A DNA stretch of 64,000 nucleotides from Heterodontus francisci (GCF_036365525.1 NC_090408.1:35084269-35148268), one strand, 5' to 3'. Shown: positions 13,861 to 27,823, counted from the first letter of the stretch. Program-made: numbers and translations. The notes: generated by a model from the letters alone, not told the origin.

Positions 13861-14901
13861 TGTTATGACCGAGGCGGGAGGAGTGCACTGTTTATTCTAG
13901 TTCCATTTCTCCATGGGTCACAACATATATATACATTTTTTCCCCACTTACTGATACAGTCAATCATTGTCTCTATTTTTATCCCAGAATAAAACACACC
14001 AACCAGGTTTCTTTAATAAATAACAAAATTATCAGTTTATTACAAAACAAGTCTTAACCCAGTAATGAAGTAAGGCATTAATACACAGATTGAAATATTA
14101 AAGTTCCCTTTTTACCTTAGCCCTCACATTCACACACATACACCGGTTAACTGGAAAAATAAAGGGAATTTTGTTTTTAGAGCTCTATTACAGATAAAAA
14201 ATACTTGGGCTGAATACTTGCTCATTCTTGAAGAAAACAGCGAAGATATGGAAAGATGTCGTTTGTTTTGGTTTGGCGTCCCAAATACATATAGATTGCC
14301 GTCTCTGGGATCTTCCTAGAACAGTTCTTTTCAGGTGGTGTGGAGAATTAATTTAGCAGGCTTTTCTTCAAAGACAGGAGACGAGATGAGTTGACACAGT
14401 GGACTTCTCAAGGTCTTTTAGAGAGGTGCTGGAAAGCTGAGCTGGGTTGTGTCTTCTCTTCCTTGGGAATGCTCTTCTCTCCTTGGAAGTTCTCTCCCTT
14501 TTTATACAGTTCAACCCCAAGTCAAAACAATTCAAAAGCGAAACACAATAGGAGGTCAACCTTTTGACCTCCATCAATCCTGACCTGTCACTTCTTTGTA
14601 AACAACCTCTCCAGGTGTCCAAAGTTCTCTGTTGTTTATTGAGCTGGAAGTCAGGTGGTTTCCCAGAAAGGCTCGTTGTTGTTGCTGGAAGTCAGATGAT
14701 TTCCCAGAAAGGCTTGTCTTCCTCACAAGACCTCTCAATGCCCCTTTCAAAAAAACATTGTTAGGGACTGTTCTTCAAAGTCAAGTGGCCTTTATATGAA
14801 CCCCTTTTGAAAACCCCAACATTTTAACATTTCTTCAATCTTTCAAAAATGAATCCTCAAAAAAATATATATTTAACAAAACAGCAACACTTTTCACAAC
14901 A
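13861..14901 (-). mobile_element. Solo LTR-like element (Gypsy-type)
   Basis: TGTTATGA...TCACAACA termini and non-coding. No TSD recognisable. Confidence 0.6.
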
Positions 14902-16204
14902 AAATTCAACAACCAGGCCTCCAGTTCAGAGCTCATTTAAAAAAGTATAAACTAGAACTTTCAGAATTGTAAGATTTCATCTGAAATACAGTGTGTTCAT
15001 AGGAGGGATAACATTGCCCTGGAGAAGGTGCAAAAGACAAGGCATTTAAATCATAAAGCAAAGCTAAAAAAAATTTGGCCTTACTTTATTTGGAAAAGAG
15101 ATTTTATGATGACCTATGTGACGTTTCCAACATTATTAAGGGAATTTGCAAAATGGGATTTGGGCAAATTGTTTATGACAGGGTTGAAGGATTCAGGTGC
15201 AGATAAGGGCAACAGGAATGATCGTACGTGTGCAGGAGGGGTGAATGAGTTATGATCATAGGTTATAAATGTTCCATCCCGAACACTGGGGAAGAGAGGG
15301 GGAAGCTCACTGAAATATATAAAAATAATAAATAGGTTAGATAAGATAAACACTGAATATTACTTTAAAATAAATCAGGATAACTGGATCAAAAGTCACA
15401 TAATATAAAATAGTGAAAAAATATATTTAGGTTGAATACCAGAGGAATTTCTTTCCAAAAAGAATGTTTGGAATAATCTGTCAGGCTGAAGAGACATTAA
15501 GGGAGCTCAAACCCAGTTGGATGGTAGTTAGGGAGAATAGAGGATGAGTTTTGGTGGTCGAATAGCCTATCCTTGACCTTGACTTTTCTAATCTTCTTAT
15601 GTCTGCCTCAGTCATATTCAACTTCAGTCTGGAAGAAGGAAATGGTTACCCTTTTAACTCTTAGAAATATGAAGAACCAGGCAACTCGGGTATGTTACAC
15701 AGGAACATAGGAATAGGAGTAGGCCATTCAGTCCCTCGAGCCTGTTCCACCATTCAATCACATCATAGCTCATCTGTACGTCAATTCCATTTATTTGCTT
15801 TTGATCCATATCCTTTGATGCCTTTACAACAAAAATCTATCAATCTTAGTCTTGAATATTTCAGTTGACCTAGCATTCTGAGCCTTTTGTGGAAAGAGAG
15901 TTCCAGATTTCCAATACCCTTGGTGTGAAAACGTGTTTCCTGATTTCACTGCTAAATGCCCTAGCTCTAATTTTAGGATTGTGCCCCCTTGTTATTGTAT
16001 GAGGTACAAAGTACAAAAAGAGTGAACTTGCATTTATATAGCACGTTATCATGTTTCTGAAAATACCTAAAGGACTGCAAATTAGTGAATTATTTTGAAG
16101 TGTCATCAATATTCTTTATGCAGCCACAAAGAGCAATGACTTGAATAATCAGAAAAAGGAACAGAAACATTTCAGAACATTCAAGAATTTACAGAATGCT
16201 TTAC

Positions 16205-16283
16205 CTTCAAGAGTTAGACCAGCATAATCTCCATCTTCTGATAATTCAAATTTACAACAAGTGATTTTTTCACTTCCACTGTC
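16205..16283 (-). CDS. WDR93: WDR93 coding exon 4
   Basis: Acceptor cttttttcag and donor gtaaag. 79 nt encoding DSGSEKITCCKFELSEDGDYAGLTLE(G), cf. human [21 protein letters not shown]. Confidence 0.9.
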
Positions 16284-16650
16284 CTGAAAAAAGATAAAAT
16301 CTATTTTGTTTCATGAAAACAGAATAACAATTTATCTTGTTCAGATTTATTTGTTATATATTTCATTACATTAAAACATTTAAACAATAACAAACTACCA
16401 GGAAACACGGGATAGGGCGATCACTTCAAAAGTTAGACCTCATGTCGTTTAACTAGCCTGTCATCCTCAAATGTTTGATCCAATGCACACACCATCCCAT
16501 TTTGCTTTCCTTTTGCTGAACATTTTATGCCAATGAAGGTGAGTTAACTTGAAAATGAGGAATAAGAAGCTATTATTTTGGACAGACCAGGGAAGCCATC
16601 TTTCTTTGTGGTGCACGGAGGGGCCCACAGCATTATAATTACTTTGGAGG

Positions 16651-16956
16651 TAGGGTTGCCAATTTGGGTGGACCACATTATGGAAATTGTCACCACATGT
16701 CCTCCCACTTCAAAACTCCCATCATTGGTTGCCCGCCACGTCTATTCTTACGGCAATTGGTCAATAATGGTGCCCGCAATATCAACAATCCCCTGAATTG
16801 CATGGTTTACTGGTTAGAATGCCCAGGTATAAGGGCTGCATTGGATTATGGGCACGTGCCACCTTGGTGCCTTGTGAGTTCAGGTGGAGCAAAACAGGAG
16901 AAGAAAATACCCCTATGGTTTTCTCCCAGGATAATCTGGGAGAGTTGGCAACCCTA
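16651..16956. mobile_element. hAT-like MITE
   Basis: Terminal inverted repeats TAGGGTTGCCAA / TTGGCAACCCTA. TSD not preserved. Confidence 0.6.
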
Positions 16957-17822
16957 CCCTTTTATCAGCAGATCAGCTGCTACCTGACAGGAAAGCCACA
17001 GTAGTGCAGGTCCTCTTGACCTAGCAGGATCCTGATTTGCAAAGATTCATGAGACTTCTGCTTGCTTTAGGCAAGCGTCTCATCTTCTTGCAAAACGCTG
17101 CAGGTCAAAATGGTAAAAAGGGCAAAGTAACCTGCTCAATTTTAACTAGCTATCTGCCTGACTTCCACCATGTTGATGGAGTTAAAAGAGATCCCAGAGT
17201 AAAGCTCTCTCTATTCCACTACACTAATGTGACATAACTACTCCATCCCACCCACACACCCTCCTCAGGACATCACAAAACCATGGTTCTTCTTTCCCTA
17301 ATAGCCTCCACACCTGGCAATCCAAACTAACACACAATATAATATATGGTCAGAGGAATGATTACAGATGCGAGTTGCACTCATTTGAGCAAAAGCAACA
17401 CCCAAAATCAACCCCAGGCTGCAGAACACCAATTATTGGTATGCAATTATTTTCCTCTTGTTCCATCAATTTTCATTCTATCCCCACTCCTCTCCTGAAG
17501 GTGTTGATTACTTCCTGTGGTGCAGTTCCATAGGTGCACTGTGATTTCTTGCCACTTTTCATCAGGAAGTAGAGTGGGGAAGGACATCACAGTTGGCCAT
17601 ATATGCACACACGCATACATACTTCCAGCAAGGGCCATAGGAGGGCACCTCCTAATGCAGGGTTACTGAGGCCAATTGAAATGGCCAAGCTGCTGCCTCT
17701 GCTGGATTCAGCTGACTCAGCAAATATCAATAATCAAACCTGGAACCTTCCTGATGTCTATGGCTTATTAAAAATTTGTTTTGTTAATTTTAATCCCATA
17801 GGTCACATGATAGATGACTTAC

Positions 17823-17887
17823 AAATGCATTAAAAACTTTTACCAAGGAAAAGATTTCATCATAAGAAAAAAGAAGGCGTGCGATAC
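17823..17887 (-). CDS. WDR93: WDR93 coding exon 3
   Basis: Acceptor cttttgtattttag and donor gtaagt. 65 nt encoding (G)IARLLFSYDEIFSLVKVFNAF. Phases fit both neighbouring exons. Confidence 0.88.
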
Positions 17888-18529
17888 CTAAAATACAAAA
17901 GGAGAGAAAAATGGGATTAAGACATAAAATACATTTGAACCCATTCTTGAAGAGAAAAGGATTTGTATGATGGGGGTGAAGTGCTATAATAATGTATTAC
18001 AAGTACATGTGTGTAAAGGACATGGAATAAAAAGAAAAACTGTGCATGCTGTAAATCTGCACTGAAAAAGAAAATGCAGGTAATGTGCAGCAGGTCAGCC
18101 ATATTTGACAGGAAAAAAAGATACATATTCAAATATATTTCATTCAAAATATTCCACCTTTATTACAATAATTACAGTTCATTCACTGACAGTGGGTCAA
18201 AATCCTGGAACTCCCTCCCTAACAGCTGTGGGTCTACCTACACCACATGGACCATAGCGATTCAAGAAGGCTTCTCGAGTAATTAGGGATGGGCAATAAA
18301 AGGCGGGCTTGTCAGTGACGTGCACATCCCATGAATGAATATAAAAAAGTTATATTCTTATTCGATGGTTCATTTCATTTTAAATTGCTATTTTAGCGAA
18401 CTGGGGACCTTTGCATAAACTCGTGCAGTAAGAATGACAAAGGAAACAGAGGCCCTCAAGAAATCAGAGCCTTGGGAGAAATTTAGGGGAACAAAAACTA
18501 TTGAATAATAAATGTTTTCAGGTAAATAC

Positions 18530-18731
18530 CCATATCATCCAGAGCAGCGAGCAGATAAAGCTTGCCTCCAGCGTGCCTTACTTGAAGTGCAACAACCTCA
18601 ATTCCTTCCATGTTCCAAACAGATGTAACAGTTTGATCCTCCATGTTCAGAACTGCCACGCCTTCAGACAGACCAGCAAAGATATAATTTTCATCCACAG
18701 AATTTGCAAAACAGTTTAAATTGGCAGGAAG
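18530..18731 (-). CDS. WDR93: WDR93 coding exon 2
   Basis: Acceptor tttttgaacag and donor gtattt. Encodes LPANLNCFANSVDENYIFAGLSEGVAV...LLAALDDM(G). Overlaps ORF 18498..18698. Confidence 0.9.
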
Positions 18732-19594
18732 CTGTTCAAAAAGTAAAGAAGATAGAGATTAGATAATCTAACAATGACCAAGACTAGCAATGAACCCTTA
18801 ATTTCTGGCCAAAGATTTTTATCATTACAAGAAAGTTTACTCTTAGCATAAACCAGCAGCCGGACTCAATGTTACAGCGTGAACTACAACCTGCCCTTCT
18901 CTCCAGAAATGACATCTCTTCACAACTGACAAATCTAAAGATAATTCACCATGTTTATTTAATCAGCCAGGAATACATGAAAAGGTCAGAAAAGTCCAAC
19001 TTGTCCAACAAGACTGTTCCATACAGAGATGGTGCAGCCCACCATGCACTTTCAATCCCCGCCACACCCCTACACCACAATCTCTCCGGACGAGCCTAAA
19101 AAACAGAAGGCAAACCTCTGGGAAATTCCTCTGCCACCCCAAAGACAATCATGCAAGTGTCAGGCGACTGCAATAAGTCCCATCAACAATTACAGCGATG
19201 CCTTATCTACCTCACACATGACAAACAGACATTCAGATGAGGTACTGTAAGGCTGCTGGTGCCCATGGCACTGTAGCCCAGCAACAGCCAATGCATTTAA
19301 GAAGGAAAGGAGAAAATTGTTTAAAAAGAGACAAAAATTAAAAGTCAAATCGGGGAGCAAACAGGAAAGTGGGATTAGGTGGCTGATGTGGAAGGGAAAA
19401 AAACAAGCCAAATGGCTTATTTTCATGTTGTAACATGCTATGATTCTATGAATCAACTACAGAATTTATGAACTTTGCATTTCTAGCAGATGTACCCACA
19501 GCCAACACCTAGACAATTGACTACAGAAGATATGACCAAATGCATGCAGAATTGGTCAGTGAAATTTTCTGGATTACAGTACACACTCGCACAC

Positions 19595-19846
19595 CTGAAT
19601 TTCCTCTGATGATTCACGAGAAGGTGGTTTTATCTTTAATTTTTCGGCCTCTCTTTCTGCTTCTCTTCCTTCAATGCTTTCCCAAGCACTGTCGAGGATG
19701 CGTCCAATTAATTTATCAATCATTCTGAAAGGCTGGGGCAACTCATCGAGCCTTTGATCCGGATCCTTCAGATAATAATCATCTTCATTCCAATTATGTT
19801 CGGAAGGAGTTGGAACTTCTTGATATTTCTTAATATAGCCTGGCAT
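19595..19846 (-). CDS. WDR93: WDR93 first coding exon (ATG at 19846; exon acceptor boundary at 19884)
   Basis: Encodes MPGYIKKYQEVPTPSE...DPDQRLDELPQPFRMIDKLI...SAWESI, containing the WDR93 N-terminal LPQP(Y/F)RMI.KL motif. Donor CAG|gtgtgc. Head-to-head with PEX11A as in other vertebrates. Confidence 0.92.
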
Positions 19847-21297
19847 ATTCTTTAATATCCACGGCCTCACAGTACTTCAACAATCTGAAACATGACCAGA
19901 ACTATTTTAGTTGTTCTTCCAAGAAAATATGTCAGTCTTTCTTCCCTTTTTCCATCCAAGAATCAAATCCTGCATTTTTACACTCTGAGTTCAGAACTCA
20001 CTCCCACCATTTCAAACTCTAACTCTTTTTTCCCAGTAGCTCAAAATTGCAGAAGTCCCTAACTCTTACAGTTCTCCTTCTCTTCTACATTAAAGTAGGC
20101 TTCTCAAAAACAAGCTTTATGCATTGATCTTCTCTGGGATCTGGATTCAGTTCAGTGTAAGCAGATAGAATGAAAGTTTCTTCTGTCTGCTGGCTATATG
20201 ACTCTTAGGTGAAGTGACTTTGGACAATTTCAATGCAGTTCTTAGTGGTGATGAGTCCACAGTTTATGCCAAATTGACAATTTCACTCAGAGAGGTCACA
20301 AAATGGTTAGTGTGGAAAGTGGAAAAGTGTCAGACTAGCGATGTTGCGAGTGTTCATTTGAATTTAGAATTGATGCATATTGTTTGGCCAAGTTAAATGG
20401 AGCTTTACTCTTCAGCTAATTATGTTGTTCCTGATGTGGCAATGCATGATACTGATACTGAGTCTGTGCAATAGAAAGTGCACTGTTCCTGTGAACTGGA
20501 GTCCCTTGCCTTGATGGGTACAAAATTCACAAGAAAAATATTTGCCCACTTGATTTACTTTTCCTCTCCTACTCTCCAACTATGATGTTGCTTGTCACTA
20601 TGAGGGTAGACTCTTCACTTTGGCTTCCAATACAAAAAGGACATCTTAAGAGTCAACTGAGTTTGATGCAGTCAGTTTCTGCTTCTCATACAAGCAAAAG
20701 TAATTGAATAAAAATGCTGTCAGCTGGTAATATTCAGAAGGAAGCATTTAGACACACATTATTTAATGACATTTACCAAAAAAAATTATTCAAAGTGCTA
20801 CTGTTTTAGGTTATAGAACAAATCAAACTGCTTTGCAATGTTGCTAATACTTTTACCTTAGCCTTAAATCAAAAATAAGCAATGTTCAATCATAATAAAC
20901 AAATTTAGTTTGCAGGAAATGCAGTGCTTGTGCCAAACAACTGTTGGATTAGCAGTAGACCACAGGAAACTGATTTGCAATGATCTGTACCAAACCCCAT
21001 ATGAATTGCTCAGTCACTAATTATTCTTTCAAAAAAAGAAACCCACACAAGCAGAAGAACATATATGCAAACATGATTAGACTTCCAAAATTCCATTTCT
21101 CAGCAAAACTTAATGGTAAATAGACTAAACAGTTAAAAATTGGTATACGTTGTGCCCCTTTTTCGGGCATAAAATGGAACAATGCTGATAAATTTAGCAA
21201 TGAGATAGCCTGCACCTAAATCTGTGTCTTTGGTTCGTGTCACTGATGTCAGACACATTTTTTTAGGCATTGCACCTTGCAAATATTAATTAACCCC

Positions 21298-21970
21298 TGT
21301 TACTACCAGGGGAGGACAGGGTCTAGGGGTCCCCTCTCAGCCTATTCCTGGTTTGCCCACCACAGGGTTTAATTTTTAAAAACACCATGTTTTTACCTTC
21401 CCCTCAGTGAATCCTTGCTCACTGCTCGCTAACTGTAATGGTCAAGAAATCAACAAGACAGGTTTTCTTAGATTTAAACTAGAAAGGTGTAAGTTTATTA
21501 GCCTTAAAACTCTAATTCAGTTAAACTACTAAAAATACGTGACGTGACCACGCTAGCATGCATGCTCAATAAACACACACGCAAATAGAGACAGAGGAGG
21601 AGAAAGAATTAAAGAGGAGAGGTTTGAAGTAATATGGAATTCAGTTACTCATTTTGGGATTTGATGTAAAGCCTTTGATTGTAGTTAAGTCTTGCAGTTC
21701 TTGTTGGGGCCCGGTGCACACTTTCACTTATTTAGCTGGTTTCAGAAGGCTGCATGAGTCTTCTCTCTTGAAGCTGGAGTTACTTCTGTGGGTCCCTGGA
21801 ACTTTACGCGAGGGAGAGGGGGTAAGATAGAGAGAGAGAGAGAGAGAGGGGTGCTCTCTTCTTCAATTTCAGTTGCAGTCTGTTCTCCAACTGTGTGGCA
21901 CAATTTTAAAAAACTCCAAGTTGGCCAGCAGGTTAGTCATGTGACTAGCTCATTTGAAACAACCTGCAAA
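21298..21970 (-). mobile_element. Partial solo LTR, same family as 45280-46238
   Basis: Starts TGTTACTACCAGG and shares blocks (gctagcatgcat, ggttagtcatgtgac) with the other LTR copies. Contains a (GA)n tract. Confidence 0.75.
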
Positions 21971-22614
21971 CATGTTAAAAAATACTCTTATGGGACCAGG
22001 AGGAACAGGAATGCTCCCTTGACTCCACAGTCCTTGTGATAAGACCAAAGAATGAACCTGGAGTCCTCCTTATCTCTATGGATCATCATCTCCACATTAG
22101 ATGCTGCATCTATCCATTAAGCCATCTGGAAAAGTTTAGGATATTGTTCCAGATGCAGACTCGATAGGCCAAATGGTCTCCTTCTGTGCTGTACGATTCT
22201 GATTCTATGATATAGCGAGGGAGAGGATCTCAAGAATATATGCCAGTTCCTTCAACTAACTGAAATAGAAACACTAGATTAAAAGTCTGTTTTTTTTTTT
22301 TAAATGTTAATTTTATCTTAGTTTGCTGGTGGAACTATCACACTTGTAAACCCATTTTTATCTTGGCATCACTCTTAGCATTGGTATATGGAAGATAATG
22401 AAGTTCACACTGATCTTCCAAGGTTCCATATCAAGGCAAGTGTAGATTTGGAAACTTTCTGGCTTTGCCATATCTTTTGGTCACCTCACACATCATTCAT
22501 CGAAAATCTTCAGCTAGCGGTGCAGTAAAAGGTGGCAATGCTACTCCTGAATTACATATAAGGAGTGCTACGTCCTGTCAAGAACAAATGGTGCAGGAAG
22601 AAGACTGAGAAGTT

Positions 22615-23335
22615 GATGTGGGATCTGGGTGTCCTAGTGCATTAACTACAAAAGATCAGTATGCAGGTACAGCACATAATTAGGAAAGCTAATAGAATGT
22701 TATCATTTATCGCGAGGGGAATTGAATACAAAAGTAGTGAGGTTATGCTTCAGCTGTACAGGGCATTGGTGCAACCACATCTGGAGTACTGTGTACAGTA
22801 CTGATCTCCTTATTTAAGGAAGGATGTAAATGCACTGGAGGCAGAACAGAGAAGGTTTATTAGACTAATACCTGAAATGGGTGGGCTGTCTTATGAGGAA
22901 AGATTGGACAGGCTAGGCTTGCATCCGCAGGAATTTAGAAGAGTAAGAGGCGACTTGATTGAAACATATAAGATCCTGAGGGGTCTTGACAGGTTAGATG
23001 TGGAAAGGATGCTTCCCCTTGTAGGAGAATCTCAAACTAGGGATCACTGTTTAAAAATAAGGGGTCGCCCATTTAAGACAGAGATGAGGAAATATTTTTT
23101 CTCTCACAGGGTCGTGAGTCTTTGGAATTCTCTTCCTCAAAAGGCAGTGGAAGCAGAGTCTTTGAATATTTTTAAGGCAGAGGTAGATAGATTCTTGATA
23201 AGCAAGGGGGCGGAAGTTTATCTGGGGTAGGTGGAAATGTAGAGTAATCAGTTCAGCCATGAACTTAATGAATGGCGGAGCTGGCATGAAGGGCCGAGTG
23301 GCCTACTCCTGCTCCTAATTCATATGTTTGTATGC
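22615..23335 (+). mobile_element. CR1 LINE 3' fragment
   Basis: GLSYEERLDRLGL...RGDLIETYKIL...FFSHRVVSLWNSLP plus the CR1 tail. Confidence 0.9.
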
Positions 23336-23739
23336 CATGTTAGATCATTTCCCTTTGTTGCTAATGAAAATTGGCTCTGTGAACCTTAATAAGAAAGAGT
23401 TTTAGTACTCAGTTTACATATTCCAATGCATTTAAGGGGAAGCTAGGTAGTACATGACTGAGAAACGAATGGAAGGTTTGATAGGGTTGATAGGGTGAGA
23501 TGAGGTAGGGATGGGAAGAGGGTCATGTGGGGAATAAAAACTAGCAGAGATGGACTGTTTCTGTACTGTAAATTCTATGCAATATGTAAATTCTAGATAC
23601 CCTGCTGCAAAACTGGACAAGCATCTCATTCCTTCCATGGTCTCCTTCCCCAGTGGGAATAAACATCGTATCAACCAACATCCTGAAAAGTAAAAACACT
23701 TACAACTTTCCAAAAGTCAAAGCTATGCAACTACAGATT

Positions 23740-24230
23740 CAGAAACTTGGGCCGTTTGGCTGCTGCTTCGCCCTTGACGGCATCGGATGGTGAGGAAATC
23801 AAGATTTTAAAACACTTGAGGAAAAGATCTGGGAGAAACTTGCGCAGAAAATAAAACAAGTAAACGCATGCCGTCCTCCACGAGCTGGTTATGATTTTCC
23901 CCTCCGAGAAAAGACAGAAATTGTGTAATTCTTCCACTGAGGGTCCAGTCTGTTGATGCTGCTGGGCCGCCGGTTGCTAGGAGACCGGGACCGGAAGTAC
24001 CGTCCGTCCTTTTAAAGCGTCCGCTGAGTGTTTTTTCCCCGAGTGAGGGGAAAGGGGAGGAAGAAGTTTTTTAAACTATTAATTTACAGGTTTTATTTTA
24101 CTAACTATATTTTTTTAGATTATATTCTAACTCATTTTTAAATTGGAGAAAACTCCCGCGTGCACCGTTCTATGTTATAATTTGAAATTTATGGGGGATA
24201 AAGTTCCCTGTTGCTATGGAGACCTCAAGG
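23740..24230. promoter_or_regulatory. CpG-rich bidirectional promoter WDR93/PEX11A with RFX X-boxes and an ETS/GABP site
   Basis: Local CpG enrichment. X-boxes GTTGCTAGGAGAC (23973-23985) and GTTGCTATGGAGAC (24210-24223), and CCGGAAGT (23991-23998). A candidate WDR93 non-coding exon-1 donor gtaagt lies at 23703-23698 (-). Confidence 0.75.
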
Positions 24231-24583
24231 GGATTTAGGCTTCAGGAGTGAGAAGATCTCCAGGCCTCACTGAAAAAAATAACAAAAAAAAAGAACAAAA
24301 CTAGTTTAACTTACTAATTTAAACAACACCATGTGAATACAGCCTGGGGCAACAATACTGTAAAGGATTGTTACTATATAGGCAATATGTTATGTATTGG
24401 TCTTTTAATTTCTCAATGTTTTCCTCTTTATTTCCTCCCCCCTGTTTTGCACTGAGTAGCTCTGGCTGCCGTGGGGAAGTTACTGAGTCGAGGCATTCCC
24501 TCTGGGTTCAAAGGTTCTCTTTCACAATCCAAGCTGCAGTTCCAAGCAGAGCTTTGCTCCAATTCTGCCTCCAATTCCTCTCC

Positions 24584-24639
24584 ATGGACTCTTTTGTGAA
24601 ATTCACTTCCCTCAGCCAAGGCAGGGACAGAATCTTCAG
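24584..24639 (+). CDS. PEX11A: PEX11A exon 1 (peroxisomal biogenesis factor 11 alpha)
   Basis: ATG in context tccATGg. Encodes MDSFVKFTSLSQGRDRIFR (PEX11 GRDR.FR motif). 56 nt, donor AG|gtcggt. Confidence 0.95.
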
Positions 24640-27600
24640 GTCGGTTTTCTGTAACGAAATCTTTACACTGCCTTTCAACCTCAATCTGACAGGTTCACAA
24701 TTTTGATAGTGCATACGCTGCATTTTCATTTAGTTTTTCTTTGCCTAGTTGCATGCCTAGCTTTATTTTTTGAAAATTATGTTTAATGTTTTGATCTTGC
24801 TTATAATCGGTAGAGTTTTCTACATTGTAACCGAAAGCAAACATTTCCTCATGTCTTTGCAAGCTGTGAGCGGCAGTGTGCAAATTTGATGTTTAAAGTA
24901 TTTCAATTTCCTGTTTAGTTTCATTATCTCAAAGGGTCAAATTATCCTCTTGCTAAATCATGATTTATTAAATCGTGCTTTCAGTTGTTTAAAGTTTTGT
25001 GATTTAGTGTTGTAGTTCCAAGACATTTTAGTCGCATTGATCAAGGCTTATGCTAATACAAGCCTGTGTCTGAATATCAATGCTACTTGAATCCAGTTAG
25101 ATTTTGAAGGAAACTGAAATATTTAGAGTATCTGAATGAGATACTAGACATGTATTTCTGGGTAGTTAGTGCATTTACATTGCAAGCTCATCGTCGATAC
25201 TAAAGGGTTTATGGTTTGCACTGACACCAGACTGGCAGTGTAAACCCAGTCAGGGTTACAAACTGGATTCAAGTAAAGTGGAGAGTGTAGTTGCTCATTA
25301 GCATCCACTGAACTATCAGTACTTATCTTACCTCAACTTGAATTTTAGTGAATAGAAAGCTGGGAACTCTCCTTTACGCTTGCTAAACATTTACATTTCT
25401 AACTGTTGGAAGAGGTTTCATACATGGTGTATGCAGGAATGTACAGGCCTTTCTCCTCTATCGGATCATTAAAACCTCCAAACAGGTGAGAAGCATATAA
25501 CTGCAGCCTCAGTGTGCCAGACCTGTCTAATCACATTCATTTAGAATGGGACTTGCCCAAACTGATTTTTAATATCAGTCTCCAGCATACCACTCCCTCC
25601 AATTTACCTGCTTCCTCCCAGAACCTCTTCCCCAATGTTTCACCTACTCCTTTTGACCCAACTTCTGAGCAAGCCATTACTGGTCAAGACTACATTTTCT
25701 GATGCAGAATGAAAGTTGCTGGAAGATTATCCTGCCTAAAGTAGCAATGCATGACAGTTTACACCTCTAACTCCCTTCTCATCTACATATATATTTCACA
25801 CATACTGCAAACTGAGGCTCTAACTCTAGGAGTAGTAATTAAAATATTTTCACTCTCCTGTGGGAAATCAAGAGCAAATGTAGACCACAAGTAAAGTGTG
25901 ATTAAAGGGCAGTGGATAATAGAATCTAATGCAGCCTCTATTTAAATGATCTTTAAACATTAGGACATCATGTATACTTGTTTTATATTTTAAAAAATCT
26001 TACATCAACTTCCATTATAATTTCCTTTCAGTATTTATATTGGAAACTGTCTATATAGACCTGTGTGTTGTAATTGCAACCCTCCCAGCCCCCAGGTGGA
26101 GGTGCTACAGTGTCATCACTGACAGGAGGGTGTTGTTACAACATGTCAAGTTTATACAGTATTTTCCATTGTAGATATGGATGCAAGAATTTACAATGGG
26201 ATTCTTAAGGTGCAGAATGTATAATTGTGTAAAATGGGGACTGAAATGTGACTACACACATGGGTCCAATTATTCCCTACTCTCTCATTCCACGTCAGCT
26301 GAAAGCTACATTTGCTCTTGACTCCTTGTGTGCAATGGCAAAGGAGATTGACTGATATTACTCATCATGACCAAGTAGCAAAACCTTTAGTGATTTGAGA
26401 AGCAGATTTGATTGGAAATGTGACTTTGTCTATAATCCAGGCTGAGGAGCTGGGAGATATATAAATGTGGCAGTGCAGTGACACATTGGTGGCAAACTAA
26501 ATTGCAGTGCAATGTTTTATTGTGGCATTTCCCATTGTAAATGTGACATAGGCATTTATATCAGAAAAAGTTGATGTGAACTGTGCCCGTGCATTGTGTG
26601 TGTGTGATATTTACATTCCATTTTCCCAGTTGCTAATAAAAGTATTGGTAATGATTAGTACAACCTTTTTTTAAAAAAATTGCTTTTATTCACCATTACT
26701 CAAATGCATACAATATATGGATGCCCTTCACCTTTCTAACTGAGGCTAGCTGTGAGCTATTTTGATAGGTAGCCTAAAGAATCGATGACCTGGATGGGGT
26801 TGAAGGAGGAAATATTTTGCAGTAATTGGGAAGCAAATCACGAGATACAACATGACCTTCTTTAACTTGTGAAGTGTGGAAATTCATAGAATTTGTCACT
26901 TGATGCTGCTCTTCATTTACTACTTTACCTAGGCATTATATCATGAGCATGAATCTGAGTTGATGGGTTTGCATATCTTTATATTCTCACTGATTGCTAT
27001 GGAAGATCCCCTCTGCTTTCAGTTTTGATACAGGTCTACTGGCATACCAGAAGAGCAAGTTAAATCTCCTGTTTCATTGGTTTTGTTTTTGGGAGTGTCA
27101 TTGCAAATGATTTCCAGTGCAGTTCTGTTGAAGCCTACAATAGTATTATCGATATACAGATGTTGTATGTGACCAGAGAACCATAGGAGTTTACAGCACA
27201 GGAGGAGTCATTTTGGCTGATATCTGTGTCATCTTGCTACAGCAATCCAAAAACTAATCCCACTAATAGTCCTGTATCTGCCTCAGCTTCAATATCTAGC
27301 AACTCCTCCCACCCCCTTACAAGATTCAGTAATGTCTGCTTCAGTTTCTCCCTGTGGCAAGTCTAGATAAAGACTTTTCTCCTAACCTGTCTTCTCGCTC
27401 TCTCTTTAAAAACTGTTTTAAATTGGTGACTTTGCAAAAGTACAGAAATTACAAAACTAATTAATTTCTGCTGAACTTTAATTGATCTGCCTACACAGTT
27501 CATACAAAAACCTCTCCATAGATCCTGCAGCACTTGTGAAGACAGACCAGTTGCTTACTATCATTTCACCCCTCTTGGAACTGGTTTTCAGTCCAGCCCC

Positions 27601-27823
27601 GGCTGATTCGGTGAAAATCTTTTCTCTCTGCTATTGTAGGGGTGCAATCTGAAATCAATAGTAAACATCTGATGCATCTTTTATTAGTTTAGAAGACTTA
27701 TCATGTTGTATTTTTTTGATCCAACACACTTAAGGATTGCGCATTCGCCGTAAACATTAAACGCCCATTTCTTCGTGTAGCAGGAAATAAGCTCTGTGCT
27801 TCTTGCATTTTGTTTTCTTTCAG

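Noticed and set aside
2038-16000. Apparent sense-strand bias of CR1 copies in WDR93 introns
   Set aside because: Several plus-strand fragments are also present, and the counts are too small to support a bias.
25212-25246. Small hairpin ggtttgcactg...cagtgtaaacc
   Set aside because: Only an 11-bp stem. It is plausibly chance or a MITE relic, with no other support.
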